This document shows positions 31,610 to 43,964 of a stretch of 64,000 bases of DNA, piece by piece (position 1 is the first letter of the stretch; every line of letters starts with the position of its first letter). Source of the stretch: the human T2T-CHM13v2.0 reference genome, Homo sapiens. The translations under genes and the position numbers were made by a program. The DNA lies in contig CP068257.2 in the NCBI GenBank assembly GCA_009914755.4, positions 28,256,001 to 28,320,000 of the forward strand. Reading direction: 5' to 3'. The notes beneath the pieces are model-generated. The model saw only the letters and a list, made by a program, of their open reading frames with translations. It ran no database searches and was not told the DNA's origin.

Positions 31610-33947
31610 TTGTTTCTCTGCACATAAGCTCACTTTAATATTGCTATACAAATTAACGTACGCTAAAACTTGACAAATAGAATTGGACAAGGTTCTAGAG
31701 GAAATTTAGTTGTAGTAAACTGAAAATTTTGGTTTAAAAATTACCATTGACAATACACTTCTTGCATTTCCTAGGTACTAGGTGCTCATTACTTTAAGAC
31801 AATCTAAGAATAATTTTGCAGGTAAGTAGATTTACCTTTGCTTTTGATAGCATCCTAAAGTAGTCCTTCTGGGTGATACTATTGTTTTGTAAATAAAGGT
31901 AGATGAAAGAAAGGATTAGCAATTATCCCAATCTAGATTATGCAAGCTACTAAGTTGGACAATGTGTTCACAAGATGCCTTTTTCCGCTCTTGGGTTACA
32001 TGCAAGATCACCATTAATCTGATTTTGTTCATAAACTCTGACTTCAATTTCTACATCAATAAAATGGTTATATTAGATATAACTACCTTCTACTTTGGAG
32101 TAACAGTGAAGATATGGTATATAAACCTGTGTATCAAATAAATGACTTATGTCCAATAAAGAATATCTGAATTTTTAAGTAAATCAATAAAACCATTAAC
32201 ATCTTTATTTTTAAAATAAGTTTTCTATATATTTGTTTATTTCTTCAATAAATGCCAAACACTGTTAAAAAATAATTTCTGTGGGTAGAAGAAAACTGAT
32301 TTTATAATTATCTTAAAACTGCATACCTTTCTATTCTTCATAGCCTTTAATAATTAAATGTACATATATTTTGTCATTATACAGAAATGATTTATTATTT
32401 AACAGCATTGGATGGACACTACAAATCTCAGAAAGAAGCAATCTTAGAAAAAAATTATGATCTATATTGGAAGCAACCTAAATGAACTTTTCATTTTTCT
32501 TTACTTTCAACTAATTTTCTTAATTCTTGTATGGCAAAAGGTATACTTACTTAAATGATCATTTAAAAATAAATGAAAACAGTTACTTTGCTTAAAAATG
32601 ACTAAAGTTCAAACTTACAGCTTTTGCTGTTGTATTCCTCGGCCCTTTTACACTTCATTTTCTTTATTGGGTCATGCATTTGTATGCTTCTAAATAAGTT
32701 ACTTTTTTTAGCAGACTTTTGAGATAAGATACAGACAGAATTGCAGAACCTGTTTTATTTCCTCAGGAAGAATCTCAGATGGGAGTGGTGCATAAGACCA
32801 GACTGCAGAACATAAAATGGTTTTCTCAAGTCTACACTAGCTAGAAAGCAATCACCCTTCTTCTTTCTTTTTATTTGACCCGAAAGGACTTGTGTACTGA
32901 TTTACACAATTCTATGCCATTTGTGTGTGTTTATGTGTATGTGTATGTGTTATGCAAAAATGAGTCTTTCCACAGGGAATTTTGCTGTATTTCCTTTTGA
33001 CTGAGTATGAATTATGCTGTAGATAGATTTATGAAATATAATGCTAATTTGGATGGTCTCATATTGACTTGTAGGGTGATACTGTCCTCCTTCAAAAGGC
33101 CCTAGAGAAGTTCTTTTTTCACTTCTGCATATTACTTTTCAGTCGAAATGTCAGTTGCAAGCTTTTCTCAGGCAGCTATAAAGGAGAATTTGTACTTCTG
33201 CATAATATCTAATGTACCACATTCATATTAATGTTTGAAAGAGAGAAAACTAGAGAAACCTAGTAAAACATTGTAATAATAAACATGAAGTAGAAGGAAG
33301 CTATCATTAACTCAATTTGTAGCTCAGCATGGCATTTTACAGATGTGACAGAAGTCTTTAATTTGAACTCAAAATAGAGAAGTGTGAGTTTGGAAATGAA
33401 ATATACCATGGAGTTACAACGAGTGTTTCCTTTCTCTCAGAAAAAAAGGCAAGAAATTGAACAAAAGTTAAAGTCATCTTTTCAGGAACCTCAGACAAAG
33501 ATCAAAACCTTAAACCAAACACGCCAATGTTTCAGGTTTTGTTTGCTTGTTCTTACATCTTAAGCCCATGGTAGTACTCTAAAATATGGAGTCTAAAGAA
33601 AGGTGGGCAAATTTGATGTTCAGAACACAGACTGACAAACAACGTTTAGTTATTTCCCTTCAGCCTTATGTAATCAATAGTCCCGTTAGATAAAATAGGC
33701 TTTTCTAAGAGGAGATGATTAGGATTACAGAGGAGTATCTGAAAGGTTCAGAGGGGATAGAAAAGATTTAAGCTTTATTACTGACCAGACCAAGATATGC
33801 AAAGTAGACTCTAATAACAAACAAAACAACAAAAACATAGTTAAGCAAGTACCAAATACAAAATCTTAGGAAAACAAGAGTACAAAAAATTGGAAATTAT
33901 TATCTGAACAGTGGGGAGATATATACTCATATATGAAAGAAGGTTAA

Positions 33948-34255
33948 GGCCGGGCGCGGTGGCTCATGCCTATAATCCCAGCACTTTGGGAGGCCGAGAT
34001 GAGTGGATCACGAGGTCAGGAGTTCAAGACCAGCCTGGCCAACGTGGTGAAACGCCATCTCTACTAAATATACAAAAATTAGCCAGGCGTGGTGGCGGGC
34101 GCCTGTAATCCCAGCTACTCAGGAGACTGAGGCAGAGAATTGCTTGAACCCGGGAGGTGGACGTTGCAGTGAGCCGAGATCATGCCACTGCACTCCAGCC
34201 TGGGCAACACAGTGAGACTGGCTCAAAAAAAAAAAAAAGAAAAAAAAGAAAAAGA
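33948..34255 (+). mobile_element. Full-length Alu (AluY/S-like) with poly-A tail
   Basis: ggccgggcgcggtggctcatgcctataatcccagcactttgggaggccgag...gcctgtaatcccagctactcaggagactgaggcagagaattgcttgaacccgggaggtggacgttgcagtgagccgagatcatgccactgcactccagcctgggcaacac..aaaaaa. TSD gaaggtta on both sides. Confidence 0.95.
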
Positions 34256-37129
34256 AGGTTAGATGGAAGAAGGGTTGTGATGAAGTGATGAACAGATATA
34301 TATGCAGTTATGAAGCATTGAGCTCATGACATCATGAGCTTTATTCTATGGTTACTGTAAGAAAGGTTAAGAACAACTGCTCTGAAACCCAATCACCATG
34401 GTGGGTAGACTATACTGAACACATTATTGGTTTACAGATGCTCCTATATGAGGTCAATGTGCAATTCCCAACCTACCTATCTTAGCATTTACCTGAAAGA
34501 CATGGTATTTAATCTTAATGTCTCAAAAAATTTTATTCTCCCCCGACCTTTTTTGTTTTTTTCACCTTTTAGTGACTCTTGTCATTATTTAAAACTATTT
34601 GCAAGAATTTTCTGAGTAAAACATTGGCTCTGCTTCCAGGCGTCTCATCCTCTTAGAGGTGAGGTGGTCTTCTATTTAACAAGGTACCTTATTTGGGTTT
34701 CTTAATTTCATAGAAGGACCTCATTCTTACCTTCTAATGTTTATGGATCTGGCTCTAAGTAGAAATGCACATTTAATCACAACCCCCCTTCCCTCTAACT
34801 TTCTGCTGCTCTCCTTCAGGAAAAGCTCAGACTCAAGGAGCAATCATTACGAATGATGATGAGGTGACGTGCAAGCCATCCATTTCCCTAGATACTATAA
34901 ATTGAAGTCTAGATCAAACCAAACTATTTGACAGTTCCATACCAAGATGTTTTGTAGAAGTGTTCTTATTACTACGTGATACCTTGTCATAGAGTTGTAT
35001 TGAGCATTTCATAAGAAACAAATGTATGAAACACACCACTGATTTGATCGTAGGTATGCTATCTATAACATCACATTGTTTCCCCTTATCAGGATCACAG
35101 GATAAATTTCTTGCATGGTTTTTAACCTGAAAAACCTATAATTTGTTTAAGCAACCAGACCCTCCCAACTCTGAAGTTTGTTCTGTTTCCCTTCTCAATT
35201 CAGCCGCAGATACAATTTTCTCGTCCACTTTTGGCATCTTTTCAGGGAAACGCACCTGCCTTAATCTTGCTTCACCTTCACCTCCATCCTCATTAATGTA
35301 TTTTATCAGATTATAATATATGTATTTTTATAAACCTTTAAAATATTTTTAGAATAAGACAAGCTATAAATATAAGAATGAATAAATGAATAGTAAATGA
35401 CAGAGAGGGTGTGAATACATAAATTAAAACTTCATAGTCTGAAGGGAGAAGAAAAGCTCAAATGTTACTTTGCAAAACCCAGAAGTTGATTTGAAGGATT
35501 ACTTCACATGAAACAAAAGGCAGGTCAGCCTTCAGGAATAGTACAGCAAACTTAGCATACTCTCCAGGAATTGTTCACTGATTTTGTCCTTTTAAGTAGC
35601 ATATCAATAATACATTCCACCTCACTTTTTGCATCTGATATAGGAGTGAGACTATGAATCTCAAAGTCCCAAATGGTGGGCTGCCTTCCTGATTTTTTAT
35701 GACGTTCTCAAAAAGTGAGTGACAGATACCACTCTTTAGTCTTCTTCCCTTGTATGCACATGTACTTAGCCTAACCAAAGTATAACACTCACTTAAATAT
35801 TTCCAGTTAAATTAGGATAATACAAATTGTAATGGCCGTAGACTCTAATTATTCTAAATTGTTAAGCTATATACCACTCGTTTGTAAATGCTAACTTTAT
35901 TTTTTTCCAAGAGTGCTTTTAGAGATGAAGACATTCCTGCTCACTCAAGTAACTGTAGGATAAGTTAATCAGAAATACCTAGATCATAAAAAGCTAAAAA
36001 AAAAAAAACTTGCAAGGTATGTATAGTTTAACATATTTCTGTTAAGATTTCTTTATTGATATTTTCCCTGGATGTTAAAATTTCCCTAGATTTGAGTATT
36101 TACAATAATAATTCCTCTGGCCTCACCTCCGTTTCACATGTGCACTCTCTCATTTAAGACACATCTCAAAATTCTCTACAACGGGCACCCTGATTTAAAG
36201 AAACCACAGTGATTAGTCCAGTGCTTTTTGTACTCTAAAGCTTTTATGAATTTTGTTAGTTGATTACTACTTCTCATTCATTCAAATATAGATTTTTAAC
36301 ACCTTTCAAATTAGTTGTATGAGAAAAACAAAGTTGCAAGAAAACAGCACTGAGAAGAAGGTTAAGAATTGTGGCTTGCTTACTGAGTCTTTATTTCAGT
36401 TAAGCTTCTGGGGCCTTAGTATTCTCAGTTATGAAATGAAAAAGTTGGACTTTAGGATCTTTAAAGGCTCTGCCTCGTGTTGAACACTATTGTTGTTAAT
36501 TTATTTATGTATCTTATATAGTTTTTTGTATACATATAAGAAATTATATATATATACACATATATATTTAAGTCTATGTGCCTTCTACAGCTTGTTCAAA
36601 TAGATTTCTGGGTCTGATTTCTTTCTCTTTACAATTTATTTATCATTATTATTCCAAGAAGAGTATACTGTTTAGGCTAAGCTAATAATGGACAATTATT
36701 TATAACAGTTTTGTTGTGTTTTCTATGAAATTATGTTTTTCCCTAAGGAATTTTATTTGTGATATCATACTGTCTATTTTCTCACAAATGTCCCACAGAT
36801 GTAGCAAATCATCAATCCTTCGAGGTTAATTGGAGCCTGGATGATAGCATGTGTTCCCTGTTGTTCAATCTGACCGAGAGGAATATTCTCATGAGAAGCA
36901 GAACAGATATTTCAAACTCAGTTGTATGTAGCCTCAGAACATCCTAAAAGCATAACAAATTGGCATGGTCTGTGTGGGCCTGATGCCTCCCCGCTCCACA
37001 CCACCAGCACTCACAGACATTGCCTTGCCCAGTTATTCAAAATGCAATAATAACTTTATGTATGATTTGTCTCCAGGTAGAATAGGTAAAAGACAGAGAA
37101 AAATGCAAATTGGAATCTTATTATATAAA

Positions 37130-37470
37130 TATGAATTTATCTATGAATACACGTATATTATATATGATATGTAATATATGTTGTACTGTGTGTAATGATA
37201 TATATGTAATATATAAACTAAAGGATAATTATAATAAATAATACACAACTATATATGTATTTGTATATAGTTATATGTGAATTTATGTATACTATGTAGT
37301 ATATGTTTTATATTCAGTATTTTGGGCTGTAGTGTGTATAATATATGCAATAAATATGCTTAATAATATGTATATGCAATGCTTATAATATATATATAAA
37401 TTGAAAAATCTGTAATAAATGCAGCCATATACACACTTATTATATTATATATTATTTATACAAATATATA
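37130..37470. repeat. AT-rich (TATATG/TATGTA)n-like low-complexity block
   Basis: About 340 bp of degenerate tata/tgta motifs: atatgaatttatctatgaatacacgtatattatatatgatatgtaatatatg... Confidence 0.75.
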
Positions 37471-37476
37471 AAATAT

Positions 37477-37876
<400 letters not shown>

Positions 37877-39494
37877 CTAGTCCTAAATCCTAGGCCACAG
37901 TTGTTCAACCTTTTGGCTTCCCTGGGCCACACTGGAAGACGATGAATTGTCTTGGGCCATACATAAAATACATTAACACTAAGGAGAGTTGATGAGCTAA
38001 GAAAAAAGTTTGGGCATAATTTTCATATCTGCCACCACAGATAAGCAAAAACATCCTCACATTCAAAGGGTTGGACATCCATGTCCTAGGCTTTCTGTTG
38101 CAAAGCCGAAAACTGAAATTTAAAAAGTTTATTGTTTTTGTTGCTTCTTTCGTTGCTGCTTTAATTTTTAAAAGCATTGCTTTAAATACCACAGCAGTAT
38201 TTACAGCTTGAACCTGAGGGCTGAGATAGACATGTGATAATACAAGAACTCAGCTCCATCTTTCTTCCCCTTCGAGTTGGGAAACCTGGAGTCATGGTAG
38301 GAGGACAATAAAATCCCTTAGATCTGGAGAAAACCTGTGCCCACAGGCAGGTGGGTCTCTGGGAGTGGAGGACCATAGTGTACAATTGGCCATTCAAAGT
38401 GCCACCAGGAAAGCCAAGATGAAGGCAGGATATACTTAGACAGAAAGAGCCTGAGATAACCAGCAGGACTTGAAGGTCACTTGGAGTGGGTGTTGCTGTG
38501 TGAGCCACAAATTCCACCCCAAAGAGGCGCTGGGTAAGCACCAGCTAAGTGAGAGACCAGATGGAAAATGCGCTGAGTCTTGAAGGATGAGCAGCAGCAG
38601 AGTGAGCCACATGGGGCTGCTCAGTCAGGGATTTGGGCAGTGAATGCAGTGCATTAGAGGCTGATACCCAGGACCTAGTGGAACAAGCTACACCCCAGTG
38701 GACGTCCTGGAGGAATGACAGCAAATGCCTCTCCTTTCATGTCTTTTATCTCTGTAGGGAGAAGAGAGAAAATAGATTCAAAATAATTTACATTTGAAAT
38801 AGAAAGCGAGGAAACTCCCACTGGGGCCACATCAAGGTCCTCACTTTGATGTGTGCCAGTTAACATTAATTACAGGGAAACAAACAAAGTTCCACACACT
38901 GGATGCTGTGGCTATAAATGTTAAATGTAATACAGCTGCACATCTTCATGCAGCATATCAGTTCATCCCAATGACAATAAAATAAAGCAGATACTGCAGA
39001 GGGGATTACAGATATGGAGATCAGCAGACGCACCCATTACCTGCTCACCACTCACTAGTCTCCGATAAAGGGTTGGATTTACTAGGAGGTTATGTGACAT
39101 GGCCAAGCTAAGAACCACCGGAAGTGGAAGTACTCTCATTCCAGTGCACTTTTCACTATGGCAATCTGCAGGCAAATGTCTGCTTTAATAATCGAGAATC
39201 TACAGAATCTTATCCTTAACTAATCGTTGTTAAACTGGACAAAACACATTAATGGGAATAAAAGTGAAAAAAAACTTTCACCCACAATTCTACCATCTTA
39301 ACAAAACCAATAAACTTCCCTTTTCCACATGAACTAACTGAAAGTTATCATGTATAAGCAAGAATGAACTGTATAAATTCCCAATCCAAAGTATGTAAAA
39401 CCATACACTATGGTCTATATTATTTTGTGTGCATTTTTTGCTTATTTCTTCTTACGGATCATATTTAATGAATGCTTTATTTCTTAAGTAACCT

Positions 39495-39935
39495 CACCTC
39501 AGTTAGAATGGTTAGAATGGCTATTATCAAAAAAGACAAGAAAAGAAAATTAACAAATGCTGGCGAGGATGTGGTGAAAAGGCAACTCTTACATGCTGTT
39601 GGCAGGAATGTAAATTAGTACAATCATTATGGAAAACAGTATGTAGGTTGCTTAAAAAACTAAAAATAAAATTATCATATGCTCCAGCAATCACACTTCT
39701 AGGTATATATCCAAGGGAATTGAAATAAGCATGTTGAAGAGATATCTGCACTTCAGTTCATTGCCACGTTATCCACAGTAGCCAAGATGCAGAGTCAACC
39801 TAAGTGTCCATCAGCGGATGAATGGATAAAGAAAATGTGGTAAATATACACAATGGAATACTATTCAGCCACAAAACAGAATGAAATCCTGTCATTTGCT
39901 GCAACATGAATAAACCTGGATGACATTATACTGTT
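39495..39935 (+). mobile_element. Older LINE-1 (L1M/L1PB-like) fragment, ORF2 C-terminal region
   Basis: cctcagttagaatggctattatcaaaaaagacaag...gctggcgaggatgtggtgaaaaggcaactcttacatgctgttggcaggaatgtaaattagtacaatcattatggaaaacagtatg...agccaagatgcagagtcaacctaagtgtccatcagcggatgaatggataaagaaaatgtggtaaatatacacaatggaatactattcagccac.. corresponds to the L1 ORF2p tail (..[28 protein letters not shown]..). Confidence 0.85.
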
Positions 39936-42900
39936 ATTTTCTTAACCATTCTCTCCTGTTGAACATTTAGATGATTCACAATCATTTATAAAGGTTCTTG
40001 CCAACTCAGTGGACATGCATGGAAACAGCCTTAGGGTTCAAATTTTTCCTAAGAACAAAAGGAACAGCGCTACCCAGAATTCAAAAGGCAAATATTGCCT
40101 TTAGATTTGAAGAATGGCTCTATCTCATTAATCCATTTTTAGGAGAAAAAGTACAGTAACATCTCATACAGTATAAACACAGCCAGTTCATCAGAATGCA
40201 ACATCTGTTTACGGATTACTAAAGTATGTAATCCAACATTTTAGAAGTTTACAATTTAGGAAAAAAGAAAACCTTTAAAAGTTATGATTGAGTCCTCACA
40301 ATGAAAGAAAGTAAGAACACTTGATTTTTACCATCCTTTCCCCAATCTGCATTATGAAGTGTTTTTTTCCCCCTCTGGGAATTAAGTATTGATTTTTAAA
40401 GGCATATTTAGACAATTTTGCTAAGAAAAGTAATCTGTGAAAATAGTTTCCTGTGACTTTTCATTTAAAGACATCAGCACTTAAAGCATCTGACAGAATG
40501 TTACAATGCTTGCATCAATATTCAACGGTAAATTATATTTAAGTACAAAAAGTATAATAGTTGAAGACCAAGATGCTAATGGATAGGAACAACTAATGTC
40601 TGATTTTCTACAAACTCCTTGCAGAATTCTAAAGAAGACGTATGACCATCAGATTAGCAACTGTTATATAAAGCTTATTTCTTCAATGATTTTTTCAACA
40701 TTAAATATTGTTGTCTTTAAGGACACTCTTAGAAAACCCTCCATGTAGCATGTTGTATGGAATGAACGAGACTTTTTCCTTTTTGTTTCCCTTGGTACAG
40801 TTGCAGATCTTTATGTACTGCAGAGTAGGTAGAAACAGTAACAGAAGAAACCTTGACATGGGTTGAATCTTTTTAAAATATAGACTTTATTTCTTAGCAC
40901 AGCTTTAGGTTTACAGAAAAACTGAGAATACAGTACCAAGTTCACATGTACTCCACATCTTCTTTCTCCTGAAATTATTACGTTAGTATGGTACAGCGTT
41001 AAAATTAATAAACCAGTATTAATGAATTATTATTAAGTAAAGTCAGTCTTTATTCAGAGTCCTTGGTTTTTACCTAATGTCATTTTCTTGTTGCTGTTTC
41101 GGGATTGCATTCAGGATAGCACATTACATTTTTCTCACTAATCTTCTTAGGCTTATCTTGGTTGTGACAGTTTTTCAGATTTTCCTTGTTTTTCATGACT
41201 TTGGTGGTTTTGGTCAATATTGGTCAGCTATTTTGCAGAATGCTACTCTGTTGGAATTTGTCTGATATTTTCTCATTAGTAGAGTAGGGCTCTAGGCTTT
41301 GGGGAGGAAGACGAGATAGGTAACATACCCTTTGCATCACCTGTTATCAAGCGTGAATACTAGCAGCATAATCTACCACTGCTGATGCTAACCTGGATCC
41401 CCTGGCTCTTCTGCTGAGCAGATTTGCCTATTCTCCCTACTTATTTATTTAATCATTTATCTATATCAGTATGCACTCATGGGAGCATTTCTTTACTTTC
41501 CAGCACTATAAGATCCTCCAGAATCATCTTATGTATCTCCCTTCCCAGCACCAGAATAATATATATTTTTTCTGAGGAGCTCTAGGTGCCAGGAGTGTTC
41601 ATTGTTACTGGGGTATCATTGTTCCTAAGCCCTCTCAGCAGACAGAGCAAGGAAATACATGTGTGTGTGTACCAACCCATGTATAGGTTGAGTTTTAATC
41701 AATCATTAGATAAAATAGGTGTTTTGCCTTAAGATTGCCTGTGCTCTTTGACTCGTTTGGTGTAAAAAATAATATGTTTTAATATTTTTTTGAATTTTTA
41801 AAGGGAAATAGTAAGTTGTAGTGAACTCTTAGTCTCCAAATTGATGATAACTGATGGTAATAATAACAATTAACCATTGGATTTTTGTTAAATGAAAACA
41901 CACAGGCATAATTCTAATATAAAAATCTGCATTATCACACTTCTCTTGAAACATTAATAAGTAGAAATTTTCAATACAGTTGATAGGCTGTTGTATGATT
42001 GCTTTATTTTGTATGTTTGCTTTGCCAGGATACTAGTAAACTGGCAACTAATCAAAAGACACAACATGGCCTAATCTTTCAAATTTAACTGCTCTACTTG
42101 ACAAATGTGCCAAATAATATTTTTAAAAGCTAAAAGAAAATCTTTTCAAGCTGTGGAAGGTGTTTCTATGAGATTAATTTGTGGCCAGTAGTTTACTTAT
42201 TATTTAGTCAATATCATTGCTTGTTAATTTCAATTTGTGACTAATCTTACCTTAGATTTCATTATATACTTTAGAAGATTCCTAAGTTTTTAATAAGAAA
42301 AAAGTAAAATATTGTCCAAGTAACTTGGGAAAGTTATTCTAAAGAGTTTAATGTTTTCAGTAGTTCATAACTGAGATTATAAATTAAATATTTTTACTTC
42401 TTTCCTTTTTAAAAATTTTCCTCTCCAAGATTAACTATTTTTCTAATTACTTTATTATTTCAAACAATTAATTTAATTATTTTAAATAAATTACTTGGAA
42501 AAATAGTGACAGTGCTGTATAATAAGTAGGGAGTTTCCAATTTGATACAACTTGATCTCAGTAGTAAATCAAGATAACAAATTAATACAGTTGATTTAGT
42601 TGGAATACATTCCTTTTAATTTGGATGCTTTTGTGTTGCCATGAAAATTTGTCATTTAAAAAATCAGATAAGCATTTTAAAATAAAGAATAGGTTAAATT
42701 GTAAATATAGACCTTTAATTTACCACAAATTACATTCCTGGAAAAGATATTTTAAGTCTAATATGAATTTTCAATTTAAAACAATGTTAAAAAGCAAGTC
42801 TAGTGTAAAAAAAAAAACGAGAAAAAGAAAAGTAAAATGGCTCCAGATCAAATTTTATGCTAATAAAATGGTAAACCTTTAGAATAGATTATGTGGTTTT

Positions 42901-43014
42901 AAGAATATTTTCTAAATAAAAGAGGGCAATAAGTATTAAACATCTAAGTATACCTTTTTTAAAGAAAAAATATTTATTAAGCATGCAAAATATCTGCCAC
43001 CATACTAAGTGTTT

Positions 43015-43093
43015 TTTTTTATTAATTTGTATTTTTATGTTAAGTTCCGGGTACATGGGCAGTATGTGCAGGTTTTTACATAGGTAACCGTGT
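43015..43093 (-). mobile_element. Short L1 3'-terminal fragment (reverse orientation)
   Basis: ttttttttattaatttgtatttttatgttaagttccgggtacatgggcagtatgtgcaggtttttacataggtaaccgtgtgtcatgg resembles the reverse complement of the L1 3'UTR end (tttattatactttaagttctagggtacatgtgcacaacgtgcaggtttgttacatatgtatacatgtgccatg). Confidence 0.6.
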
Positions 43094-43732
43094 GTCATGG
43101 TAATCTTAAACCTTTAAGAAAATGTTCTGAAATTGGGAATGGCAGACTCTGGCTTAGAATGAAGCAGCTGCAGGATGTATGGTCATGTGACTTTGGATGT
43201 GTGTGCTGAAATTGCAGTGGTGTTACTGGCCCATGTTTCCTCACGTGTGCTCTGGGGAGCATGAGTTGAGTGGGACATTAATAGCTACGATTCAAATAAG
43301 GGTCTTCCAATAATTAAAATGTGAAAGACACTGGGTTAGACAAAAGAAACAGAGTGTTTGTTTGTTTGTTTTGCTGCAGAATTTCAAAAAGCCTTTACTA
43401 TACAAACGTGCCTCATGAATCTTCAAGTAAGAACATTTCCCCATGCTTACTTGCTCAAATAGGTAATTGTGGAGCACAAAACTCTCACCCTGTTCATTAA
43501 CATAGAGAGAGAGAGAGAGGGAGAGAGTTATCTTCCTCAAGATTGAAGGTATGCCATGCATTTTACATGTGATATATTTCATCCTTATGATAAACTATAA
43601 ATTTGTTATTATTATTTTCTCTTCTATAGATAACAAAATGGAGGGTAACAAATTAAATAATCTTCTCAGTTTCAGTCAATTAGAAAAAGGCAGCTGGAAA
43701 TATGAATCCCCTTCTCCCTGAAGTCCTCCGTT

Positions 43733-43964
43733 ACTCTTTCTTCTAGTCTAAATACCTTTTGGAAAATTTTAGAACATAAATAATATATCCTATGACATAT
43801 GGATAATTATCAGTGAAACAACAAAACAGAATTGAGATCTCCACTACTCTTTTCCTCTAGTCTAAATAGCTTTTGGAAAATTTTAGAATATAAATGATAT
43901 TTCCTATGTTATATGGATAATTATCAGTGAAACAACGAAAGAGGATTGAGAGATTACCACCACC
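43733..43964. repeat. Local tandem duplication, two copies of about 116 bp
   Basis: Copy 1 (43733-43847) and copy 2 (43848-43964) share ..c(t)tctagtctaaata(c/g)cttttggaaaattttagaa(c/t)ataaat(a/g)atat(a/t)tcctatg(ac/tt)atatggataattatcagtgaaacaac(a/g)aaa.. Confidence 0.85.
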
